From Candidatus Sericytochromatia bacterium (GTDB taxonomy: Bacteria > Cyanobacteriota > Sericytochromatia > UBA7694), in assembly GCA_015272195.1 (NCBI GenBank), contig JACYMC010000023.1:5352-69351 (forward strand): a stretch of 64,000 nt of DNA, given 5' to 3'. The notes under the pieces are model-generated. The model did no database searches. It was not told where the DNA came from and saw only the letters and a program-made list of their open reading frames with translations. The position numbers were made by a program, and so were the translations under genes. Positions 1 to 9,741 of this stretch are shown here, piece by piece (position 1 is the first letter of the stretch; every line of letters begins with the position of its first letter).

Positions 1-8
1 GCCCGTGC

Positions 9-14
9 TATAAT
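9..14 (+). promoter_or_regulatory. Possible -10 box (TATAAT) upstream of the first gene; any -35 element lies outside the window
   Basis: Exact TATAAT hexamer about 47 nt upstream of the ATG at 61. Confidence 0.2.
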
Positions 15-60
15 CCACTATTCCGCAATCGCTACACACCATTGAAATCGAGGCTTAGAT

Positions 61-1053
61 ATGTCTGTTCCCTTACAAATCCTGGCCATGGGCAAATACC
101 TGCCGCCCCGACAGGTCAGCGCTGCTGAACTGGAGGCCCGGCTGAATCTCAGTCACGGCTGGATTGAAGCCAAAAACGGGGTCAGCGTGCGCCATTACGT
201 CGATGGCGAAAGCAATTCAGATCTGGGGGCCAAGGCCCTGCAACGGGCCCTCGACAAGGCCGGCCTGGCCTATGAGGAACTGGATCTGCTGATCAATGCC
301 TCTGGCTCCTACGATTACCCGATTCCTGAAACCTCAGCTTTGATTCAGGATAAAATGGGCCAGGGCAACTCCGGCATGCCCAGTTTTACCGTCGATGCCA
401 CCTGCCTGAGCTTTGTCACCGCTCTGGATGTGGCGGGGGCCTTTATCGCCAGCGGCCGCTACCGCACGATTGCGATTGTCAGCTCTGAAGTGGCCTCCAA
501 ATCACTGAATCCTGCAGAAAAAGAAAGCGCCACCCTGCTGGGCGACGGTGCAGCTGCTGCGATTGTGCGCCGGGCCCCTGAGGGCAGCCCCTCGGCTTTG
601 CTGAGCAGCGTCATGGAAACCTATGGCAGCGGGGCCATGTACACCCACGTCAAGGGCGGCGGCAATGTCTGCCACCCGCGTGATGCCGGTGTGCGCGACA
701 GCGACTTTACCTTTCATATGGACGGCCCGGCCGTGCTGGGCAGCGCGTTTCGCCGCCTGCGGCCCTTTGTCAAAAAACTCTTTGGCCCGCTGGATTTTAG
801 TTTGCAGGAGGTCGACCTCTTTGTGCCGCATCAGGCCAGCAAAGTGGCCCTCGAAAAAGCCCAGCGCTTTTTTCGCCTGCGCGACGAGCAGTTTGCCAAC
901 TATCTCGCTCAGCACGGCAACTGTATTGCGGCCTCGATTCCCATGGCCCTGCATGATGCGATTGAAGCCGGACGGATTCAACGCGGTGGGCGCATCTGCC
1001 TGCTGGGCACGGCGGCCGGGCTATCGGTCGGCGGTGCCGTGCTGATTTACTGA
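61..1053 (+). CDS. 3-oxoacyl-ACP synthase III-like condensing enzyme (KAS III / FabH family)
   Basis: 330 aa. Thiolase-fold motifs: active-site Cys in 'VDATCLSF', His in 'VPHQAS', Asn in 'GNCIAAS'. Stop overlaps the next gene's start (TGAGATG). Confidence 0.7.
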   Translation: MSVPLQILAMGKYLPPRQVSAAELEARLNLSHGWIEAKNGVSVRHYVDGESNSDLGAKALQRALDKAGLAYEELDLLINASGSYDYPIPETSALIQDKMGQGNSGMPSFTVDATCLSFVTALDVAGAFIASGRYRTIAIVSSEVASKSLNPAEKESATLLGDGAAAAIVRRAPEGSPSALLSSVMETYGSGAMYTHVKGGGNVCHPRDAGVRDSDFTFHMDGPAVLGSAFRRLRPFVKKLFGPLDFSLQEVDLFVPHQASKVALEKAQRFFRLRDEQFANYLAQHGNCIAASIPMALHDAIEAGRIQRGGRICLLGTAAGLSVGGAVLIY

Positions 1054-1054
1054 G

Positions 1055-2206
1055 ATGCAGCGGGTTCTGTTTACCGGCGGCCGCAGTCCAGCCACCCTGG
1101 CCCTGCTGCGCCTGTTTGCCCAGGCCGGGCATCACTGCCAGGTGGCCGAAAGCCTGCAGCCCAGCCTGGCCGGGGCTTCACGCTATTGCGCCAAAAACCA
1201 CCGGCTGCCCCCACCCCGGCAGCAAACCGGGGCGTTTATTGCCCGGCTGAAAGCGCTGCTGCTGCACGAAAAAATTGATTTGCTGATTCCCACCTGCGAA
1301 GAAACTTTTTACGTTTCACGCTTTATGCGCGAGCTGGAGAGCACCGGCTGCCGGGTATTCACCAGCAGCATCGACCTGCTGACCCATCTGCACAGCAAAT
1401 ACCAGTTTAATCAGCTGCTGCGCACCCTCAAGCTGCCGGCCCCTGAAACCGAACGCTTTGATAATCTGGAACAATTGCTCGCCCGTCTGCCCGAATGGCA
1501 GGCCTATGTCTTAAAACCGGAGTTTTCACGCTTTGCCAGTCAGGTGCTGATCCGCCCCCAGCTGCAGCAGGTGGAGTACCTGTCGGTCACCTCGGAGCAG
1601 CCCTGGGTGTTGCAAACCTTTTTGCCCGGACCGCAGTTCTGCTCTTACTCCATCGCTCAGAACGGCCGTTTGCGCGCCCACTCGGTGTACCCGACCCGCT
1701 ATACCGCAGGGCAGGGTGCCACGATTTATTTTGAAGCGGTACAGGTGCCTGAAATTGAAGCCATCGTGGCCAAAATTGTGCAGAGCCTCGACTATACCGG
1801 GCAGATCTCGTTTGATTTTCTGTTTTCAGACGGCCTGTATTATCCGATTGAGTGCAACCCGCGCACCACCACCGGGACCTTTTTGTTTCAACCCGGCGAC
1901 CAGCTGCCCGACAGTTTTTTGCCTGAACAGCAAGCCATCATTTATGCCGCAGCGGCCCAGCCCGTCAGCCTGACCCTGGCCATGCTGCTCTACGCCCTGC
2001 CGCAGCATCTGCTGCAACTGCCCGCCCTGCTGCGTGATATGCACAAGGCCCAGGACCCCCTTTGGCAGCTGGCTGACTTTGCCCCTTTTCTGGCCCAGTT
2101 TGGCATGCTGGGGCAAACCTTCTGGCGGGCCAAACGGCAGGGGCTAAGCCTGCTGGCCGGCTCTACCCACGATATCGAATGGAACGGTTTCTGGCACGAA
2201 AGCTGA
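1055..2206 (+). CDS. ATP-grasp domain protein
   Basis: 383 aa. 'YVLKPEFSRFASQVL' and a later 'YYPIECNPR' look like the ATP-grasp nucleotide-binding core. Starts 1 nt after the KAS III stop. Confidence 0.5.
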   Translation: MQRVLFTGGRSPATLALLRLFAQAGHHCQVAESLQPSLAGASRYCAKNHRLPPPRQQTGAFIARLKALLLHEKIDLLIPTCEETFYVSRFMRELESTGCRVFTSSIDLLTHLHSKYQFNQLLRTLKLPAPETERFDNLEQLLARLPEWQAYVLKPEFSRFASQVLIRPQLQQVEYLSVTSEQPWVLQTFLPGPQFCSYSIAQNGRLRAHSVYPTRYTAGQGATIYFEAVQVPEIEAIVAKIVQSLDYTGQISFDFLFSDGLYYPIECNPRTTTGTFLFQPGDQLPDSFLPEQQAIIYAAAAQPVSLTLAMLLYALPQHLLQLPALLRDMHKAQDPLWQLADFAPFLAQFGMLGQTFWRAKRQGLSLLAGSTHDIEWNGFWHES

Positions 2207-2314
2207 AGAATTTCTGCTGCAGCTGTGCATTGGACACGTTGGCCCCTGCAGAGAAGGTGTTACACTGTCAAAAAACAGCAATGAAACCATTTATACAAGG
2301 ATAATAAACGCAAA

Positions 2315-3256
2315 ATGACTCCATTGGTCAGTATCAAAGTATTTGGCGTCGGTGGCAGCGGCGGCAATACCATCAACTATATGCGGGCCGCCGACTTTGA
2401 AGGTGTTGAATTTATTGCCGTCAACACCGATGCACAGGCCCTCTCACTGGTAAACACCGAAGAGCGCATTCAGATTGGCAACCGCCTGACGCGCGGCCTC
2501 GGTGCCGGCGGGGACCCCAACGTAGGCTTTAAAGCCCTCGAAGAAAACCGCGACGACATGAACCACTTCCTGCAGGAAACCGATATGGTCTTTATCACCT
2601 GCGGCATGGGTGGCGGTACCGGTACCGGTGCAGCCCCTGCCCTGGCCCAGATGGCCAAGAGCCAGGGGGCCCTGACGGTTGGTGTGGTCACCCGGCCCTT
2701 TCTGTTTGAGGGCAAGCGCCGCAAAGATCAGGCCGATGCGGGCATTCAGCGCATGCTCAACAGCGTGGACACCCTGATTGTGATCTCCAATGACCGCTTG
2801 CTGCAAAGCGTCAAAGGCGGTCTGGCCGTCAAAGACGCTTTTAAAGAAGTCGATAATGTGCTCTTTCAGGCCATTCAGGGCATTTCAGACATCATCAATA
2901 TCCCCGGTCTGATCAACGTGGACTTTGCCGACGTCAAAGCCATTATGAGCGATGCCGGCGTCGGGGTGATGGGCGTGGGCATCAGTTCCACCGAAGTCGA
3001 GCACCCGGCCGTGGAAGCCGTCAAAAATGCCATTCAGAACCCCCTGCTGGAATACTCCATTGACGGGGCTGTGGGCGTGGTGTTTAACATCACCAGCGGT
3101 CAGGATCTCTCATTGCATGAGATCAACCAGGCGGCAGAGGTGATTTATAATACGGTGAATCCGGATGCCAACGTGATTTTTGGTACGGTCATTGACGAAA
3201 ACATGAAAGACAGCGTCAAAGTCACCGTCATTGCCATTGTGGGCAAGCACCTCTAA
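2315..3256 (+). CDS. ftsZ: FtsZ-family tubulin-like GTPase lacking the C-terminal linker and tail (core domain only, 313 aa)
   Basis: 'FGVGGSGGN' at the N-terminus, tubulin signature 'GMGGGTGTGAAP', T7 loop 'NVDFADV'. The protein ends where the FtsZ globular core ends. Confidence 0.8.
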   Translation: MTPLVSIKVFGVGGSGGNTINYMRAADFEGVEFIAVNTDAQALSLVNTEERIQIGNRLTRGLGAGGDPNVGFKALEENRDDMNHFLQETDMVFITCGMGGGTGTGAAPALAQMAKSQGALTVGVVTRPFLFEGKRRKDQADAGIQRMLNSVDTLIVISNDRLLQSVKGGLAVKDAFKEVDNVLFQAIQGISDIINIPGLINVDFADVKAIMSDAGVGVMGVGISSTEVEHPAVEAVKNAIQNPLLEYSIDGAVGVVFNITSGQDLSLHEINQAAEVIYNTVNPDANVIFGTVIDENMKDSVKVTVIAIVGKHL

Positions 3257-3729
3257 AAAGAGGCTTCTTCAGGCTCGCTTTCCAGCGGGGCGACAGGCGT
3301 CTGCACCGCCCCGGGAATGCGCCAGGCACTGACCAGGGAGCGGGCGGAAAAGGTCACAATCATCATTGATAAAAACAACAAATTGGGCAGGAACCAGTTG
3401 GGAAACGGCTGGTTCCTGTACTTTTTAAGCACCGAAAGCGTGGTCAGGGCCACGAGAATGCAGCCTGTCAAAACAAACTTGGCCAGGTTGTGATGTTTTT
3501 GCACCACTTCAATGGCAGGTGCCGACAGGTCTGCAATCAAAGCTGCCTTGAGCGAAAAGCCGACACCATAGGGTACGACCAATAAAACAAGACAGGCCAC
3601 AAAAGCCCAGGCTGTAAAACGTTCAAGTTGTTGATCTTTGCGCAACAGGCTGAGCACACCAATCATGGCGGTGACTAAAAACGCAAAGATAAAAACATAG
3701 CTTCCCCAGATGTGAAGCAGCTTCAGCAT
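3253..3729 (-). CDS. Integral membrane protein, 4-5 predicted TM helices
   Basis: Hydrophobic segments throughout. Tightly spaced behind the upstream minus-strand gene. Confidence 0.4.
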   Translation of the reverse strand: MLKLLHIWGSYVFIFAFLVTAMIGVLSLLRKDQQLERFTAWAFVACLVLLVVPYGVGFSLKAALIADLSAPAIEVVQKHHNLAKFVLTGCILVALTTLSVLKKYRNQPFPNWFLPNLLFLSMMIVTFSARSLVSAWRIPGAVQTPVAPLESEPEEASF

Positions 3730-3735
3730 GCTGCT

Positions 3736-4350
3736 TTACAGTCTGCTGAACGGCATATTGCCGGGTATAGGCACAGGACCAATATAATACTTGGCGAGTC
3801 CTTTAATGTCTTTGCCAGCTTGCTCAATCGTCACATGCATTTTAACCAGAGGGGCTTTAAACTCCAGCTGCTGGCTTCTGCTGTTTGACCCGGCGCCTAC
3901 CATCACTTTAACAGGACCACTCAGCAAAAGCTGATTATTGCCCTCATCAAAAAGCAGGTAGGAGAAGGTACCGTCAGATTGTTTTTTGACCTCAAAGCGA
4001 AATTTGACATCATTGGTTTTGGATGAAAGCTTACGTTCAACCACCTGTTCAATAGCAGCTCTGGCAAAACGATTCAGATTGATCTGCTGCTGAATCTGCA
4101 GGTGATTGGACCCCAGCTTAGTAAACTGCATTTTGCCGGTCGCCAGACCGCCGGTTTTGATCCAATCATCCTGTTTGATGCCCACCAGTGCGGGTATCTG
4201 GTTGACCTCTGTATATTTTGAGGCAGCAGCTGCAGGCATGAGAGGTGATATGCCGGGCAAAACGGGCATGACCGCTGTGGCCATTACCAGACTGGTTGAA
4301 AGAAATAATTGTTTAAGCATGGATTTCATTATAGAAGATTTTACCCCCAT
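3736..4350 (-). CDS. Secreted/periplasmic hypothetical protein
   Basis: N-terminal signal-peptide-like segment 'MKSMLKQLFLSTSLVMATAVMPVLP'. Downstream of slt in the same orientation. Confidence 0.4.
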   Translation of the reverse strand: MGVKSSIMKSMLKQLFLSTSLVMATAVMPVLPGISPLMPAAAASKYTEVNQIPALVGIKQDDWIKTGGLATGKMQFTKLGSNHLQIQQQINLNRFARAAIEQVVERKLSSKTNDVKFRFEVKKQSDGTFSYLLFDEGNNQLLLSGPVKVMVGAGSNSRSQQLEFKAPLVKMHVTIEQAGKDIKGLAKYYIGPVPIPGNMPFSRL

Positions 4351-4368
4351 CTGAAAACAAAGTGCAGT

Positions 4369-6660
4369 TTAGCCCCCGGAGCGTCCATAAAGGTGCTGAT
4401 AGATCCAGTAAGACGTAAAGACGTGTTTCACGTAGCCCCGGGTTTCAGGGTAGGTGATCGATTCTGCCAGCGCGTCGTAGGGCAGATGCCCAAACTGCTT
4501 CAGCCAGCGATAAACAGGCCCGGCCCCGGCGTTATAAGAGGCCACGGCCAGCAGGGAGTTGCCTTCAAAGGTTTTGTGGCGGGTATGCAGATACCAGACC
4601 CCCATCTGGATATTGGTTTCAGCATGGGTCAGGTCATAATCTGTCAGCTGTAATTCAGCAGCGATCTGCTGGCCCGTGGCGGGCATAATCTGCATCAGAC
4701 CTGTGGCACCCACCCAGGACTGAATATCGGGCTTATACTGGCTCTCTTGCCAGATCAAACCCGCCGCCAGAAAAGGATTCATCTGATACTTGGCTGCTTC
4801 AGATTCAATGTGGTCAAAAAAAGCCAGCGGAAAAGCAGCCGGCAGGTAAACATCGTCTTTGGTGGCCAGATAACGGTAACGGGTCACCGCATCATAATAG
4901 CGGCCCTCGCGCTGCAGCTGCAGACCGTAAAGCACCTGCCAGCGCGGCTCCTGGCTCAGACTGGCCAGCTGCATAAATTCTGGTGTCTGGCCGAGCAAAA
5001 GCAGTTCCTGCAGCGGCGATAAAGCCAGAGCATCGCCTTTCACTGCCGCTTCAAACGCCTGTGCATAGCTTGGAAACGTCGCCACCTCACGCTGATAACC
5101 GGTATAAGCTGTGGTGGCATAGTCATCATCGCCACCCTGCTTCAGCACCTTCAGGCGGGCGCGGGCGCGATGTGTGTAATAGTCCATCAGAGGGTTGTTT
5201 TCCAGCTGACGATACGCTGCTTCAGCTTCATCCCATTGCTCCAGTGCCTCATGGGAGCGCCCCAGCCAGTAAACAAAACGGGGTTTGAGGCTGTGGTCCT
5301 CATAATAGCGGGCAAAACGGGTCAGATCGCGAATCACCCGGGCATAGTCCCGCTGGCGGTAATCATGCCAGAGGGCGTACCACAGCGCTTCCATAGCGTG
5401 CTCATACTCAGGGTCCAGCTCAAGCAGCTGATGATAAACCCGCGCCCGGTCTGCATCTTTGTTCTGCAAATCATACAAAATGCCTTCTTCCCAGAGGGCC
5501 GCAGCCTGTACGCGGGGCTGGCGGGTATAAGCTGAGCGGGCAGCTGCCAGCTGCTGCCGGGCCGGGCCGTAGGCCTTGTTGAGGCGCTGCAGCGTGGCCA
5601 GGGCCACGGTGGCCAGTCCAGCCTCCTGAGAACCGGGATAACGCTGTTTCAGGGTTTCATAATGCTGCCGGGCCTGGGGATAGTATTTGGCTTTCATGGC
5701 ATATTCAGCCAGCTGCCAGTGATCCTGAAGGCTACGTGGTGGCACCTGACTCAGTTCAGCATAAGCCGTCTGATACATGTAGCGCTCATGTGCCGCTTCA
5801 GCCAGCCAGCGGTGATCGGCGGTTCCCAGCCGCTCTTTAAAGTCCTCACGCACAGTATAAATCGTCTGGCGCCCCGCCGGATGGGTGGGAAACAGACGCA
5901 AATAAGTCTGGTAATAATTTAAAGCTGCAGCAGGCTGTTTTTCTGTACTGTACTCGGCCTGTTTTAGCAAGACATGAGCCTTTTGTGGATCGCGATCCGA
6001 CAGTTCGCCTTTCCAGCGCACCAGGAGGCTATGGGCTTCTGCCGGACGTTCCTGCTGCCAGTGCAGGCTGGTCAGCGCATCATACCAGGCAAAGCAAAAA
6101 GGGCTGTCAGGAAAGCGCTCCAGCAGCTCAGCAAAACGCTCAGGCGCTTCACGGGCCTGTTCCCAGGCAACCAGTTGCTGCAGCAGCGGGTCCTGACTGC
6201 GCGCCAGGGATGAGAGCAGTGCCTGATCCTGCCGGTTTGTTTTACGGTACAGCAGCCAGCGCACGCGCTCAGCTAAAAAATCGTTGGGCACTTCGTCAAG
6301 GTAGCGCTGCAGCGCAGCCGCATCTTTGCTTTCACGCAGCTCATCAAGTGCCACAAAGTGCACCTTCAGCGCTTTAAGGCCGCGCTGCAGCGCCGGATGT
6401 TCGGGTTCTTGTGCGTACAGCTCCCGCAGGGCCGTCAAAGCCGCCGACAAACCCTCAGTATAAAACCGGGTTTCGGCCAGCAGGACCTGGGCCTCAAAAG
6501 AGTCAGGTTCTTGCTGCAGCACCTGTGTCAGGGTTTGCTGTGCTTCCTGCCAGCGCCCGTCACGTAAATGGTTTTCAGCATCTTCCAGCCCTGGCTGACA
6601 GGCGGTCAGCGCACTCAGCAAGAAGCTCACAGCCAGATATTTTGACAGTGCTTGCATCAA
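4369..6660 (-). CDS. Soluble lytic murein transglycosylase (Slt70-like): superhelical TPR-like N-domain plus C-terminal lysozyme-like SLT domain
   Basis: 763 aa. Signal peptide plus lipobox-like 'LSALTAC'. SLT catalytic-region motifs 'AAGLIWQESQY', 'GATGLMQIMPATG', 'ASYNAGAG'. Confidence 0.8.
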   Translation of the reverse strand: MMQALSKYLAVSFLLSALTACQPGLEDAENHLRDGRWQEAQQTLTQVLQQEPDSFEAQVLLAETRFYTEGLSAALTALRELYAQEPEHPALQRGLKALKVHFVALDELRESKDAAALQRYLDEVPNDFLAERVRWLLYRKTNRQDQALLSSLARSQDPLLQQLVAWEQAREAPERFAELLERFPDSPFCFAWYDALTSLHWQQERPAEAHSLLVRWKGELSDRDPQKAHVLLKQAEYSTEKQPAAALNYYQTYLRLFPTHPAGRQTIYTVREDFKERLGTADHRWLAEAAHERYMYQTAYAELSQVPPRSLQDHWQLAEYAMKAKYYPQARQHYETLKQRYPGSQEAGLATVALATLQRLNKAYGPARQQLAAARSAYTRQPRVQAAALWEEGILYDLQNKDADRARVYHQLLELDPEYEHAMEALWYALWHDYRQRDYARVIRDLTRFARYYEDHSLKPRFVYWLGRSHEALEQWDEAEAAYRQLENNPLMDYYTHRARARLKVLKQGGDDDYATTAYTGYQREVATFPSYAQAFEAAVKGDALALSPLQELLLLGQTPEFMQLASLSQEPRWQVLYGLQLQREGRYYDAVTRYRYLATKDDVYLPAAFPLAFFDHIESEAAKYQMNPFLAAGLIWQESQYKPDIQSWVGATGLMQIMPATGQQIAAELQLTDYDLTHAETNIQMGVWYLHTRHKTFEGNSLLAVASYNAGAGPVYRWLKQFGHLPYDALAESITYPETRGYVKHVFTSYWIYQHLYGRSGG

Positions 6661-7415
6661 CCCAGCCAGGTGACCAGAGCTGAGGTCAAAAAGTAGTTCA
6701 CGCAGACAATCAACAGAATGGAGTGCACCACCGTGGTATTGGCCGCTTTGCCCACACCCAGGGCGCCACCGGAGACATTGTAGCCTTTATAACAGCTCAT
6801 CAGTCCCACAATAATACCAAAAACACAGGCTTTCAACATGCCGCCCCAGATATGTACCATCTGAGTAAAACTGAAAAGATTGGCAATAAAAACGCCAGAG
6901 TTCAGGCCTTTTAAACCCACAGCCACCGCATAGCCCCCGAGAATCCCCGAAAAACTGGCAATCGCATTAATCACCGGCACCATCACCGACAGGGCAATCA
7001 GGCGCGGCACAATCACATACTGAAAAGGATCCACAGCCATGACTTCCATGGCGTCGATTTCCTCTTTCACGCGCATGGTACCGATTTCACCCGACACCGC
7101 ACTGCCAGCCTGAGAGGCCACCATAATACTGACCAGGGTGGGAGATAACTCTCTGAAAATTGCCTCTGACAGCAGACTGCTCAGCAGGCGCTGGGCACCA
7201 AAAAGCTCAAAGACATGTAAACCCTGTAGCGTCGTGACCATCCCGGTAGGAACCACAATCGCCAACACGGGCAAAATACACTGAAAGCCCGTCATATGCA
7301 TGGCGCGCAGGGTCTCGCGCCAGAAAAAAGGCCGCCTGAACAGGGCCTGTACAATCTGTATGCAAAACAGACCAAACAGCCCCACCTGCTCAATAAAGCG
7401 CTGCAGGGGCTGCAT
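6657..7415 (-). CDS. mlaE: MlaE/YrbE-family ABC transporter permease (phospholipid transport)
   Basis: 252 aa, multi-TM, typical MlaE length and conserved 'EIDAMEVMA' region. No MlaF or MlaD gene adjacent. Confidence 0.7.
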   Translation of the reverse strand: MQPLQRFIEQVGLFGLFCIQIVQALFRRPFFWRETLRAMHMTGFQCILPVLAIVVPTGMVTTLQGLHVFELFGAQRLLSSLLSEAIFRELSPTLVSIMVASQAGSAVSGEIGTMRVKEEIDAMEVMAVDPFQYVIVPRLIALSVMVPVINAIASFSGILGGYAVAVGLKGLNSGVFIANLFSFTQMVHIWGGMLKACVFGIIVGLMSCYKGYNVSGGALGVGKAANTTVVHSILLIVCVNYFLTSALVTWLG

Positions 7416-8098
7416 CAGATCAGTTGATCGGTGCTGACAATATCTTCGTCTGCAGCCCGTGGGCGATGGGTAATAATCTGACGGGTGCCCAGATCTTCCA
7501 CACTCAGGCGACCCCGCAGTGCCAGTTTCTCAACCCGTGTCATGGCCTGGGTATTCATGTCAATAATCCAGTCGTCCTGACCCGCCGGTGGCATCGGTGT
7601 AATGGCCTGCTCTGGCTTGATTTGCTCCAGAATGGTGCGGTCATGGATGATATACGTCAGCAGGTCGCTCACAAACACCAGGTTGCGCTGAAAATGCTGA
7701 ACGCGTTCTTCCGACAGGCCAGGCAGCCCCCCGTAATTAATATAGTCATTCTGCCAATTGGCCTTCAGATCGCTTAAGACGCGATCCAGTAAAGCATAGG
7801 GGTCCAGAAAACCCCAGTTTTCTTTGACATGAATGCCCAGCGGCGAGAAAGAAGCCGGCGTGGGACGCAGCGCGTCTTTAATGGCCTCGCCTTTCCAGTT
7901 ATCGTATTTAACCAGGGTCAGCCATTCACCCGTATTAAAAGGCTCAAAGCCTTTAATATCGGTCACCACACGATCCGTCCGCTGATAAATCTGGCGTTTG
8001 ATGCGCAGGGCATTCAACTGATTGCCCTGCAGCCGGGTTTCAACAGACAGGCGGTCGTCACCTGTGATTTCAACAAAAAAGATGGGCATGGTCAGCAC
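7415..8098 (-). CDS. Hypothetical protein
   Basis: 227 aa ORF whose stop overlaps the mlaE start (ATGA). No recognisable motifs. Confidence 0.4.
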   Translation of the reverse strand: MLTMPIFFVEITGDDRLSVETRLQGNQLNALRIKRQIYQRTDRVVTDIKGFEPFNTGEWLTLVKYDNWKGEAIKDALRPTPASFSPLGIHVKENWGFLDPYALLDRVLSDLKANWQNDYINYGGLPGLSEERVQHFQRNLVFVSDLLTYIIHDRTILEQIKPEQAITPMPPAGQDDWIIDMNTQAMTRVEKLALRGRLSVEDLGTRQIITHRPRAADEDIVSTDQLI

Positions 8099-8114
8099 CT
8101 CTATTGAGCTGGAT

Positions 8115-9734
8115 TTACTTTGACTGTAAAATCCGCGGTGTTACCATAATAACAATTTCCACATCTTCCTGCGTCTTCTGGGTGTCTGAAAACAAAGCGC
8201 CCAGCAAAGGGATATCACCCAACAGGGGAATCCGGTTGCGGGTTTCAGTATCAGCTTTACGCATCAGACCGCCAATGATCACAGAATCGCCATCCGGCAC
8301 TCTCAGCACCGTAGACAGCGAGCGAGTGTTGCGTTCAGGCACGGTTTGCCCGCCCACACTGACCACTTCACCCCGCGTGCTGATATTCGGCATCAGCTGC
8401 ATGGTGATAACGCCTTCCTCCACGTCAATAAACGGCGTGATCTCAAGGGTTTCACCAATATCCAGGGTCTGAACCGTCTGCACGGCGGTGGTCGCCGTGG
8501 TGGTTGTGCTCAGAATCGGAAACTGGGTGGTAGAGTCAAAACGTGCCGTAATCCCATGCTGAATGGTTAAACGGGGATTGGTCAGCACCCGTGCCTGACT
8601 GTCGCGGATCAGGGCGTTTAAACGCGCATTAAAGTTGGGGGCAAAACGATTCAGCGAGTTAAAAGAAATCACGCCCTCGCCATCTCCGGTCAGCGGGTTA
8701 CCCGGACCACGAGCAGCCTCAGCCAGTGTATTGTTAAAACTGGCGCCCATTTTATCCTGACCAAAGCCGTAGCTGACGCCCAGCTCCTGGCTGGCGCGCT
8801 GGGTCAGCTCAATTAACTTGATTTCGACCACCACCTGAGGCAAAGGCCGATCCAGGATAGGAATCATGGCATCAGCAATATCAATGGCTTCCTGGGTACC
8901 AATCACAATCAGGGTAGAGGTGCGCTGATCCATCATCAACTTGGGTTGAGGACTGACACCTCGGCTCTGAAACACCGCTGTCAACTGCTGAGCGATGGGC
9001 AAAGGCATCACGGGCCAGCCCATCTGATTTGCCCCCTGTTGTTGCATCATCGGCATCTGCTGCATCTGCTGCTGCATGGGCATACCCAGATTGGCTTCTG
9101 CGCGCATCACCTGAGTCGGAAACTGATTGTACAGCGTGTAAGTTTTAATAATGGGGGTTGAAAAGCCCAGCTGCTCCATGCGTTCAGGGGTTGAAATCAA
9201 AATGGAGTTATACACCCGTCGACCCGTTAAGCCACTCAGGCGCATCACCATTGAAAAGGCTTCGCTGACAGGGATATCTTTGAGTTCAAGATAGGGAATC
9301 ACCAGACGCAAAGGTCCGGCTGAGGCACCGGAAGCAGTTCCCGCACTGTTGGCAACGCCCCCCCCGCTGTTGTCTCCAGACATCTGGCGCTCCAGTGCGG
9401 CCAATGGATCGTCGGAATCACTGGCGCTATAATCGTCTCCGGACGAACCGCTTTGAGGGACACCGTCCACCATAAAAATCAGGTTGAGATTGGCCTTTTG
9501 AGCCAGACCCCTCAGAATAAACTCCACAGGCTGATTGCGCAGAACCAGGCTGACAGTGGGGTCTTTCTCCAATTGAAAGGCCTTGCGAATGGTCAGCGCA
9601 TCGACCGTCCCGGAGACTGGCGGGCTGATCAGACGAGAGTCACGCGCCAGCGCCGCAGTCGAAAAATTGAGCAGGCAAAAGGCCACCAGAGCAGCAATGC
9701 CTTTGCGTTGTTTACTTGAAACGTTCAATGTCAT
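8115..9734 (-). CDS. pilQ: Type IV pilus secretin PilQ-like, with a Q/M-rich low-complexity insert
   Basis: Signal peptide. C-terminal secretin domain '...GGLMRKADTETRNRIPLLGDIPLLGALF...VTPRIL'. Last gene of the pilM-N-O-P-Q series. Confidence 0.8.
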   Translation of the reverse strand: MTLNVSSKQRKGIAALVAFCLLNFSTAALARDSRLISPPVSGTVDALTIRKAFQLEKDPTVSLVLRNQPVEFILRGLAQKANLNLIFMVDGVPQSGSSGDDYSASDSDDPLAALERQMSGDNSGGGVANSAGTASGASAGPLRLVIPYLELKDIPVSEAFSMVMRLSGLTGRRVYNSILISTPERMEQLGFSTPIIKTYTLYNQFPTQVMRAEANLGMPMQQQMQQMPMMQQQGANQMGWPVMPLPIAQQLTAVFQSRGVSPQPKLMMDQRTSTLIVIGTQEAIDIADAMIPILDRPLPQVVVEIKLIELTQRASQELGVSYGFGQDKMGASFNNTLAEAARGPGNPLTGDGEGVISFNSLNRFAPNFNARLNALIRDSQARVLTNPRLTIQHGITARFDSTTQFPILSTTTTATTAVQTVQTLDIGETLEITPFIDVEEGVITMQLMPNISTRGEVVSVGGQTVPERNTRSLSTVLRVPDGDSVIIGGLMRKADTETRNRIPLLGDIPLLGALFSDTQKTQEDVEIVIMVTPRILQSK

Positions 9735-9741
9735 TCGCCTC

